Assembly (NCBI GenBank): GCA_963665095.1
Contig: OY762069.1
Coordinates: 5,824,001 to 5,888,000, forward strand
DNA length: 64,000 nucleotides
From: an uncultured Desulfobacter sp.
GTDB lineage: Bacteria > Desulfobacterota > Desulfobacteria > Desulfobacterales > Desulfobacteraceae
Reading direction: 5' to 3'
Part shown: one piece after another, positions 1 to 8,800 of the stretch
Position numbering within the stretch: the stretch's first letter is position 1
Layout of the letters: the number at the start of each line of letters is the position of its first letter
Translations under genes and position numbers: made by a program
Notes under the pieces: model-generated
Told to the model about the DNA's origin: nothing
The model's database searches: none
The model's input: the letters and a program-made list of their open reading frames with translations, nothing else

Positions 1-2
1 CC

Positions 3-593
3 ATCCATCTTTGTGAGCCTGAAGATAAAACCCGTTTCAGATTTTTAATGATCTATATCGACAGCCAGTGGTTTGTTTCTGAATTCGGGTTTGATGCCTC
101 ATCCATAGCGCCGGAAGCAATTACGCTGACCAGCATGCAGGCTGGATTGAAAGACCGGTTTGTCTGTGAGTTTGAAGAGTTTGATGATCCGTTTTCAGGG
201 ATCAGCAAAGCCATCAGTTTTATCGGGGCGGTCCTGTTTGAGATGTTTGGTATTGAGGAGCCGTGTGTCCCGCCTTCTGAAAATACAGGTGACCTATATG
301 CCGTTAAAACCTTTATGGATGAGAACTTTATGGCGCCCCTGGGTCTTGATGAGCTGGCTTCACGCCATGGCACAAACAAATATTCTTTTTTAAGGCATTT
401 CAAAAACAGGTACCGGCTGACACCCCATGCATATCTGCTCAATCTGCGGATCAATAAAGCCAGACAGCTGCTGCTGGAAAATCAAAGTGTGGCCCATACA
501 GCTGCAGAGTGCGGTTTTTTTGATCAAAGTCATTTTGTTAAGGTATTTAGACAGTATGTGGGTATGAGTCCGGTTGATTATAAAAGCCCATGA
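3..593 (+). CDS. AraC family transcriptional regulator (5' end outside window)
   Basis: Frame open from window edge; C-terminal double HTH ...TPHAYLLNLRINKARQLL...AAECGFFDQSHFVKVFRQYVGMSP. Confidence 0.9.
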   Translation: MHLCEPEDKTRFRFLMIYIDSQWFVSEFGFDASSIAPEAITLTSMQAGLKDRFVCEFEEFDDPFSGISKAISFIGAVLFEMFGIEEPCVPPSENTGDLYAVKTFMDENFMAPLGLDELASRHGTNKYSFLRHFKNRYRLTPHAYLLNLRINKARQLLLENQSVAHTAAECGFFDQSHFVKVFRQYVGMSPVDYKSP

Positions 594-690
594 AATCTTT
601 TCCCCTGGATTTGCGAAGGCCGCCAAATCAGGTGTTTCCGTCCTTTATCCCGAACCCTGTCCAGTTTTTTTCACGCCTGTCAATGGGCTG

Positions 691-1566
691 TTATGCCCTG
701 TTTAAATGTAAAAACTTGCTGACAGCCTGACGTACTTCGGTGTTATGGGTAAAGATGGTCATGTGCTCTCCTCTCCGGGCAAGACAAAGTGTGCTGTTGG
801 GCAGCCGTTGTGCCAGCCTTTTGCCGTGGGCTTCAAAGGGAACAATCGGGTCATCGGTTCCGTGGACCACAAGTGCCGGTGTTTTAATGCTTTCCAGCGG
901 ATATTCTGTTTTTTGTGTTATCCGAATGTCATTCATAGTCCCTGGCATGCGTTCTGCCATCCGGTCAAGGGTGGCGTGGGTCAGTTCTCTGTAAAGAGTC
1001 ATCATTTCAGGATCATTGAGCATTTTTTCAGCAATGTCCGGGTGGGTGACGGATCTTTTGAGTGACCGGGCCATATTTTTGTCAAATTTTGCTTTCATTG
1101 ATTTGGCAAACAGGGGAATCCGGGCTGCAAGCCGCATAATGTGAAAGGCTGCGGGAACTGGCTCTGTAATTTTGCCGCCTGTTGTGGAGCATAGAATGAG
1201 AGATCTGCATCGTTCAGGGAAACGATGGGCAAAGGTGAGCGCTGAATAACCGCCGCCTGAGATGGCCATAATGATCACATTTTCCAATCCCAGTGTATCA
1301 AGCAGGGCCGCGATCAGATCGGCCTGGGCTTCAGGGCTTTCCTGTCCCTTGAGCGGGGTGCCGGGGTAGCCAGGCCTTGAGATGGCAAGATAGTTGCAGT
1401 GGGCAGGCCCCACTGCCCGGCCCAGGATATCTGACTGCTCATAGCCGCCCATGGCCCCATGGATGGTAACGATGGTGCAGGCAGATGGTGCCCCTTCTCT
1501 TACTCTGTGCAGATATTCAATGGGCCCGCGATCTGTCTGGGCAATGTGTGCCTTCTGTTTATACAT
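691..1566 (-). CDS. Alpha/beta fold hydrolase
   Basis: HGAMGG, ISRPGY, nucleophile elbow AISGGG, VVHGTDD, GEH; start placed at MYKQK overlapping TetR stop. Confidence 0.85.
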   Translation of the reverse strand: MYKQKAHIAQTDRGPIEYLHRVREGAPSACTIVTIHGAMGGYEQSDILGRAVGPAHCNYLAISRPGYPGTPLKGQESPEAQADLIAALLDTLGLENVIIMAISGGGYSALTFAHRFPERCRSLILCSTTGGKITEPVPAAFHIMRLAARIPLFAKSMKAKFDKNMARSLKRSVTHPDIAEKMLNDPEMMTLYRELTHATLDRMAERMPGTMNDIRITQKTEYPLESIKTPALVVHGTDDPIVPFEAHGKRLAQRLPNSTLCLARRGEHMTIFTHNTEVRQAVSKFLHLNRA

Positions 1567-2182
1567 CTGTACTGTTCCTCTCAATTAAAAACATATGGTA
1601 AAGCAGTTCAAGGGGGGGCTGCCGGGCAGTTTTTCCATACATCACCTGGTGCTGGGCCATGCCGTTGATATTAACCCAGAAGAAGAAGGATAAGTCTTCA
1701 GAACGCCCGGGGCGGACAGTGCCCAGCTGCTGACCCTTTTCCATGATCTGAGCCATGACCTCATAGGGAATACGGCGTTTGGCATCAAGAATCTGTGCCG
1801 CCTCCTTCGGGATATTTTTTGCGGCAATGGCCTGGGTGACAAACAGATGATAGCGTCCTGCGTCCGGATTGGTGCGGATGGTTTTCACAAGTTCGTCAAT
1901 GGCATATTTGATTTTTTCATGGGGCAAAAGGGGCAGGGCGGCAAGGTGGCGGCAGGCCTGCTCAAGCCGGTCCAGGGCCGTGCGGATCAGTTCGGTATAG
2001 ATCTCTTCCTTTGAAGCAAAATAGTGGTAGACCAGGCCGTTTGACATGCCTGTGTGTCTGGCAATGTCGCTGATTTTTGTTCCCGGGGCACCGTTCAGTG
2101 AAAAAAGCTCAAGGGCACCGGCCAGAATTTTCTGCCGCCTCTCCTCTTTTACCTTCTCGTTGACTTCTTTATTTCTTCCCAT
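1559..2182 (-). CDS. TetR/AcrR family regulator
   Basis: N-terminal HTH KILAGALELFSLNG...ISDIARHTGMSNGLVYHYFASKEEI. Confidence 0.92.
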   Translation of the reverse strand: MGRNKEVNEKVKEERRQKILAGALELFSLNGAPGTKISDIARHTGMSNGLVYHYFASKEEIYTELIRTALDRLEQACRHLAALPLLPHEKIKYAIDELVKTIRTNPDAGRYHLFVTQAIAAKNIPKEAAQILDAKRRIPYEVMAQIMEKGQQLGTVRPGRSEDLSFFFWVNINGMAQHQVMYGKTARQPPLELLYHMFLIERNSTDV

Positions 2183-2242
2183 AAGACCGCCTTTGCATTT
2201 TTCGGTGTTCATGCCATATGGAGATTTCAGGATTTAACACTG

Positions 2243-2260
2243 ATTGAATATTTATTCAAT
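2243..2260. promoter_or_regulatory. Palindromic operator, probable TetR autoregulatory site
   Basis: ATTGAATA-tt-TATTCAAT perfect 8-bp inverted repeat upstream of tetR. Confidence 0.6.
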
Positions 2261-2624
2261 GAAAAACTGGAAAAAGTTCTATTTGACAAACCATTTCAGT
2301 AGATGATAGTCAAGGCACCTGATTGATTTAAAATAATTATCAAAGGATTTTTTTGAACCTCAACTCAATGGATATTGTGCCGCATTCTGCTGATTAGAAC
2401 AGATCAGTGGCGGCATGCTGTCAGACTCAATTCATTTGACTGATTAAAATTACAGGATGCAAAGGCTTTGTTCTTTCTTGGGCAATGACCCTGTGCTCTT
2501 TTTGTTGAACTGTTCTCATCTGCAGGCCCCCTTTCATTGCACATAAAAAATAAAAAAAATCAGGCGAATTGCTCTTTCATGCAGCATTGCCTGACATTTG
2601 AAATTAAATTGAAAGGATTTAACA

Positions 2625-3075
2625 TTGAAAATCAGACAATCCAATAATGTCGACAGGTTACATATTGAAAAATTCATAACGCCGCATTTGGCAAAACCAA
2701 AGGCCCTGAAATCGCAGACCTTGTCAATGGCATGTTTGAAGACAGGACAGCCGAACCAAGACTCTCTCTTGTGGCTGAGGAAAACAGCAGACTGATCGGG
2801 CACATCCTTTTTCCAAAGTCAGGTTGTCCCACTCCCCAGTTCCGGTATCAGCAAGTATTTTAGCACCCCTTGCCGTGATTCCTGAACAACAGGCAACAGG
2901 CATTGGTGCCGCTTTAATAAAGCAAGGCCTTGCCCTGCTGAAAACATCCGGTGTGGAGCTGGTTTTTGTCCTGGGACACCCGGGGTATTATCCGCGTTCA
3001 GGTTTTACACCGGCCGGCGTGCTCGGATTTGATGCCCCCTATCCGATTCCTGTTTATTATGTAGATATATTTTAA
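2625..3075 (+). pseudogene. GNAT N-acetyltransferase (YhbS-like), frameshifted and 3'-truncated
   Basis: Pieces LKIRQSN.../HNAAFGKTKGPEIADLV...SLVAEENSRLIGHILF/...LAPLAVIPEQQATGIGAALIKQGL...VLGHPGYYPRSGF separated by two frameshifts. Confidence 0.8.
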
Positions 3076-3423
3076 TGTGTTATCTTTGTTCGCGGCAATA
3101 TGTCCGGCACCATCTCCAGCCAGTCCGGGCACCAAATGGCCCAGCTGGGTGCTGAAATTGACAAACAGCTGGTTAAAAGATGTAATGAAAACAGGTGATG
3201 TATGAAGCCATCAAATGGGGTGAAAAGGGCGCGTGTGTGAAATCCTTTGCCCCTTTCGGCCATACAGCGCCATTCATGTGGAAGGACATTGTCATCATCG
3301 GACTGCCTGAGCCGCAGATCAGGCAGTTAAATTTCTAAACGCGCCTGTTTTATCTGTTGCTATTATTTTAGAACTTTGCTACTGTTTCAGTAGCAAATGA
3401 CAAATAGATACAAGGAGAAAATA

Positions 3424-3624
3424 ATGCCTGTTATTACTGTGGGAATTCATCCCATTGACAAGGACCAGAAAGCCCATCTGATAAAAGAGCTCACTACCAC
3501 TGCCGCAGAAATCACAAGTGTTCCCGAGGATAAATTCGTGGTGTTCATTGACGAATTTGACAATGACTCCATTGGACTGGGCGGGAAAACACGTGCCCGG
3601 ATAATCTCTAAGGCGCCCATCTGA
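3424..3624 (+). CDS. 4-oxalocrotonate tautomerase family protein
   Basis: 66 aa, begins MPVITV (catalytic Pro1), VFIDE...IGLGG; RBS aaggag upstream. Confidence 0.85.
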   Translation: MPVITVGIHPIDKDQKAHLIKELTTTAAEITSVPEDKFVVFIDEFDNDSIGLGGKTRARIISKAPI

Positions 3625-3625
3625 T

Positions 3626-4009
3626 ATGACGTCGCCTGCACCCGGGAAAAAAGTCAGGGGCTCAGAGTCCGGGTCTCCGCTCAACGCGCTGTTCGATCTG
3701 CTCGGACAGCGCTGGGCGCTGGGCATCCTCTGGTATCTCGGGGAAAATCCATGCACATTCAGAACCCTTCAGACCCGCTGCGGCGGAATCTCGCCATCGG
3801 TTCTCAACAGCCGCCTTAAAGCGCTGCGCCAGGCCGGTATTGTCGACAGGAACCTGGATGGCTATGTGTTGACGGAAAGAGGTCAGGAGCTGCGTTCTTT
3901 TATTGTGCCCCTTGCAAAATGGTCGGCCCGATGGTCAAAAGAGGTCTATGGGTATGAGCGGCCCGGCATGGCGGAAAGAATTATCCGGGAGGATGGCGAT
4001 CCGTCCTGA
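3626..4009 (+). CDS. HxlR family winged-helix regulator
   Basis: LFDLLGQRWALGIL...FRTLQ...ISPSVLNSRLKALRQAGIV...YVLTERGQEL. Confidence 0.9.
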   Translation: MTSPAPGKKVRGSESGSPLNALFDLLGQRWALGILWYLGENPCTFRTLQTRCGGISPSVLNSRLKALRQAGIVDRNLDGYVLTERGQELRSFIVPLAKWSARWSKEVYGYERPGMAERIIREDGDPS

Positions 4010-4037
4010 ACTCTTTTGACTTATAATTCATATCAAC

Positions 4038-4067
4038 GAAGACCCCGGGCAAACGCCCGGGGTCTTC
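4038..4067. terminator. 13-bp perfect hairpin (terminator or IS200/REP-like end)
   Basis: GAAGACCCCGGGC-aaac-GCCCGGGGTCTTC. Confidence 0.55.
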
Positions 4068-4265
4068 TCTTCAATTCCTGAATAGTTCCTGATCCCTTCA
4101 CTAAGGCGTATCTGACAGAGGCTTATCTGCCAGTTCCCCTGTCGAATGACTGTCTAACTCTATTTCATAATGTTTCGCAGAATCAGGCAAGAACCCTGGA
4201 GGATCGGTCTACCCCAGTTGCCGGATTCTGCCTTAAATGCAAAAAGTGAAATTTTATGTCCCGGA

Positions 4266-4636
4266 TCAATAATACCATCCGGGCCGTGGACGCCCTGGGG
4301 GCATGAAAAGATTTGCTTCAAAGCAGGCAAAAGTGGCGTTGCTGATCAACTCCAATCAGAGTAATCCGGGCGCTTTCGTAAAACCGGACATTGTCCTAGG
4401 CGTGGTCCGGATGTGTCTTGATGCCATGGAGATGCTTACCTCCAACGGTCCTTCCGGTTCAGGCAGCCTTACCCGGTCCCAGCGGGTTTTCGCAGCATTG
4501 ATGCCCTGGCCGCAGATTGTTATGGTGGCGATCTTTCAGGCCTTGCCGGCAAAGAGATCCTGGCCGGATGGCCTGTGAACACGGTTTGGGGCGGCTGGAT
4601 TTATCAAAGGTGACTATCTCTGAGGTGACGCTTTGA
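4266..4636 (+). pseudogene. DUF362-like protein remnant with internal deletion
   Basis: N-part RAVDALGGMKRFASKQAKVALL...PDIVLGVVRMCLDA joined to C-part SIDALAADCYG...EHGLGRLDLSKVTISEVTL*. Confidence 0.55.
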
Positions 4637-4652
4637 AAAATATACTGCTTTT

Positions 4653-4707
4653 GTAACTATTCAGCAAAAAAAATGACATCAAATGCATTTTTTTGCTGAA
4701 TAGTTAC
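4653..4707. mobile_element. 55-bp miniature IS66-derived element
   Basis: GTAACTATTCAGCAAAAAAA...TTTTTTTGCTGAATAGTTAC; reverse complement matches the IS66 left end at 45933. Confidence 0.8.
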
Positions 4708-4732
4708 GATCAGTGCTGACAACCGGCCGATT

Positions 4733-5590
4733 TTGCAAAAAACCGCCGTTCCCGTGGCCGTGGAACGTGACGGCTTTTTTCCGGGCCCCGGGGAAAAAGT
4801 TGCCTTTAGATGTTATTCATCTGGGAAAAAAATGGGTTCCCTCATGATGATTTATTTTCACGGCGGCGGATGGGTGCCGGGTGGTCTTGACTCCCATGAC
4901 AATGTCTGCCGTTTCCTGGCCCATAAAACAGATTCCATCATTATTTCCGTGGACTACCGCCTTGCCCCGGAAGCTGTATTCCCTGCGGCGGCGGATGACG
5001 CCTATGCCGCCCTGGAATGGGTCTACCGGTATGCCGACACCCTGAAAGCCGACCCGTCCAAAATCATTGTGGCCGGAGACAGTGCCGGCGGCAACCTGGC
5101 GGCCGCGGTTGCTTTAATGTCACGGGATAAAAAGGGGCCTAAGGTGTCCGCCCAGGTCCTGATCTATCCTGCCACCAACCCGTCGGCCATGGATACCCAA
5201 TCCTATCAGCAGTTTGCCAAAGGCTATTTTCTGACAAAATTCTATATGGAGCATTTCAGGGCATTGTACCTTCCCGACGGCAAAACCTGGGAAAACGTCT
5301 ATGCTTCCCCGTTGCTTGCAGACTCTTTCAAGGATCTGCCCCCGGCCGTTGTGATTACGGCCGGGTTTGACCCCCTTAAAGATGACGGGCGTTTATATGC
5401 AAAGAAATTAGAAAAAGCAGGCGTCCTTGTATCTTACATCTGTTTTGATCAAATGATGCACGGGTTTGTTTCCATGGACCGTTTTTTTGACGAAGCCGAA
5501 CAGGCCGTTGACACCATCGCAACCCGGCTTAAATTGTTCATATCAACGCAGGGAAAAAGCGATGGGGTTTTACCTCCGTGGGCAAACTGA
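4733..5590 (+). CDS. HSL/family IV esterase-lipase, 5' end probably truncated by the mini-IS66
   Basis: HGGGW, VDYRLAPE, GDSAGG, FDPLKDDG, MMHGF; no convincing start or RBS. Confidence 0.8.
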   Translation: MQKTAVPVAVERDGFFPGPGEKVAFRCYSSGKKMGSLMMIYFHGGGWVPGGLDSHDNVCRFLAHKTDSIIISVDYRLAPEAVFPAAADDAYAALEWVYRYADTLKADPSKIIVAGDSAGGNLAAAVALMSRDKKGPKVSAQVLIYPATNPSAMDTQSYQQFAKGYFLTKFYMEHFRALYLPDGKTWENVYASPLLADSFKDLPPAVVITAGFDPLKDDGRLYAKKLEKAGVLVSYICFDQMMHGFVSMDRFFDEAEQAVDTIATRLKLFISTQGKSDGVLPPWAN

Positions 5591-5871
5591 TCACGATTTT
5601 TTTTGTCTTGATTGCAAACTCCTCCAGCGCCCTGAGCGCTGTGGCGTCTATCATCAGAATGCGGCAAAGCAGGGGCTCCGGGATTCGATAGCGGCCTGAC
5701 CAATAGGCAAACAGCTGTATTCATGGCTGCTTTTTGCTGGCGATACATTTCATCGGCTTTTTTCGTAAGATTTCGCTGAAGTTTTTTATCTTGTTTTTTC
5801 AAGAAGCAACGAAGTAATCGGCAAAATTTACGGTTTTCGGTCGGGCTCTAAATAGCCATGAAATGTCCGGG

Positions 5872-8800
5872 CTATACGCCCCCAAGATCTATCTTGAGTG
5901 TCCGGCAAAGTTCTTCCAGGGTCTGTTTGGCCTGATCAAATTCATATCCGCTGATCTGCCGGGACATTTGATCAAGCATCTCCCGGCCTTCCCCAACGCT
6001 GTTTGTCAATTGTCTGACCAGGTCTGAAGCTGCCGTGTCATCCTCGTTTAACAGTGCTGCTAATTCATGGAGCAGCGGCTGGATGGATTGGGTATCTGCC
6101 GGGTTGTCCCGGGAACCGGTTTCAGGGTCCTTGTTTTTTTCAAGTTGGCTTACTGCCTGGATGACCTGTTGCAAATGTCCGGAAAAAACGGGCAGAATTG
6201 ATTTTGCTGTTTGGATATCTGCCGATTTTAAGGCAGCATCCAGGTCTGACGCGGTTTCAAACAATGGCTGTGCGCTGATATTGCCTGCCACACCTTTAAT
6301 TGTGTGGGCAAGTCGCCGGGCGGTTTCCAAATCATTTTCCCCGAGGGCCTGTTCAAGTTTTATATCTGTTTGTGCCTGGTTAACGGCAAATTTTTTCAAC
6401 AGCGCCCTGTACAGGCCGGCATCTCCCGCCAGACGTTCCAGTCCCTGGCGGGCATCAATGCCTTCCAGGTCTTTAAACTGGTCATATGCCTTGTTCTCCG
6501 GCATGTTCTCCCGATCAGCAGTCCTCTCCTGTTCCGTGGAAAGCCCCTTAGGTGTTTTCTTTACCCACTTATGAAGAACATTGAGCAGCTCCCGGACATT
6601 GATGGGTTTTGCCACATGGTCATTCATTCCGGCTGCCAGGGCTTTTTCCCGGTCTCCGGCCATGGCGTTGGCTGTGGCGGCAATAATGGGCAGATCCTTA
6701 AATGCATCATTTTCCCGTATGGCCCGGCTGGCCGCATATCCGTCCATTTCCGGCATATGAATATCCATGAGCACGGCATCATAGGCCTTTTTTTGAACCG
6801 CTTCCACGGCCAAGCGTCCGTTGCCGGCAATATCAACGATAAATCCGCTGTTTTCCAGAATCCCTTTTGCCACCTGCTGATTGACTTCATTGTCTTCGGC
6901 CACCAAAAGCCTTGTCCCCCGGACAGCCTGCATTCCTTGCAGGGCACTGTCTTTTTGATGCATCCCCACCCGGAAGTCGGCTTTTACGCCCAGTGCCGCC
7001 ATTATGGTGTTGAACAGCAGGCTGGGAGAGACAGGCTTGACCAGATACCCGTCAAGCCCCATGGCAGCGGTATTCTGCATCAGCTCCTCCCTGGCATAGG
7101 CCGAGACCATGATCACCCTGGGTACATTCATTTTCATGGTCTCCCTGATCTTTCTGGATGCATGCAGCCCGTCCATGCCCGGCATCTGCCAGTCCATGAG
7201 CACCAGCTTAAAGGGATCATCCTTTTCAACGGCCTCTAATTCGGCAAGGCCGGCCATGGCACCATCTGCCTGGGTCACCCTGAAGGACATGGACTCAAGC
7301 ATGGTGGACAGCACCGTGCGGCTGATATAATTATCATCCACCACCAGCACCTTGCTTTGGTAAAGTTCGGAATCCGGTTCCAGGGAACAGGCCGGTGTCT
7401 TGCCTGCCTTTTCAAGGCAAACGGTAAAAAAGAAGGTGGTGCCCCGGCCGGACTCACTTTCCACCCAGATACGGCCGTTCATCATCTCCACCAGGGATTT
7501 GCTGATAACAAGGCCAAGTCCTGTGCCCCCGTATTCCCGGGTGGTGGAGGTATCAGCCTGGGAAAAGGCCCGGAACAGCTTTGCCTGCTGTTCGTCGGTC
7601 ATGCCGATGCCGGTGTCCTGGACAAAAAATTTGAGTTCAACATCATCTTTACTTTCCCTGATCAGGGAACATCCCAGGACAATTTCACCGTTTTCGGTAA
7701 ATTTAACGGCATTGTTGGTCAGGTTGATCAATATCTGCCCCAGCCTTAAAGGATCACCAAGGAACAGCCACGGCAGGGCCGGCCCGATATTAAAAACCAC
7801 TTCAAGCCCCTTTTGCTGTGCCTTGACTCCCACCAGGGTGGTGACATTATCCAGGACTTCGTCAAGGGAAAATTCAATGGTCTCCATACTCAGTTTGCCG
7901 GCCTCAATCTTGCTGAAATCAAGGATATCGTTGATAACCCCCAAAAGCGCTTTTGAACTGTTCTGTATTTTTTTAATATAATCAGACTGCAGATCGTCCA
8001 GCGGTGTCTGCAACGCCAGGTAGGCAAACCCGATAACTGCGTTTAAAGGGGTCCGGATTTCATGGCTCATATTGGCTAAAAATTCACTTTTGGCACGGGT
8101 GGCTTCTTGGGCGATCTGTGTGGCCCTGGCAAGATCTGCGGTACGTTCGACAACCAGGGCCTCCAGGTGGTCTTTGTAATCGTTGAGCTCCTGTTCCGCC
8201 TGTTTGAGTTTGGTGATATCCTTGGTAATGGCGGCAACACCAATGGGTTTGCCGTCATCATTGTGGAGCAGGGCAAAGGTTAAAAGAACCGAAACAATGG
8301 TGCCGTCCTTTTTTTTTCGCCGCCACTCCACATCCCGGACGATTTCCCCGTCCAGGCAGCGTTTGAATAGCCGGCTTCCCTGTTCATAGATCTCTTTGGG
8401 TACAATCATTGAAATTGATTCGCCCAAAAGTTCCTGTCTTGAATACCCGTAATCTCTAACCGTGGCGTCATTTACCTCTATAATGCGGTGTGAAAGATCA
8501 AGTACCTGGATGGGATCTTTGGTGTTCTCAAATATTTTAGCCATCAGGTTAAACTCACGTTCCGCCTTTTTCTGGCTGGTGATGTCCTTGGATATACTGG
8601 CAATCCCTGAAACCTGGTTGTCCTCATCCAAGACCGGTTCAAGGGACATATACACCCATGCCCGGGTGTCATCTTTTTTGCGTATGCGCACCCCGAACTC
8701 CTGGCGGCCGGCACCATGCCGGGCCAGGTCATTGTGCCGGTCGTACAGGTCCAGGTCCCGGGAATCTATCAATGGGCGGGGGTAGTCGGCCATTTCCATG

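Noticed and set aside
5590..5870. Minus-strand ORF 5449..5802 as a real gene
   Set aside because: Looks like a patchwork (a short STAS-like MIDATALRALEEF piece in another frame); no coherent product
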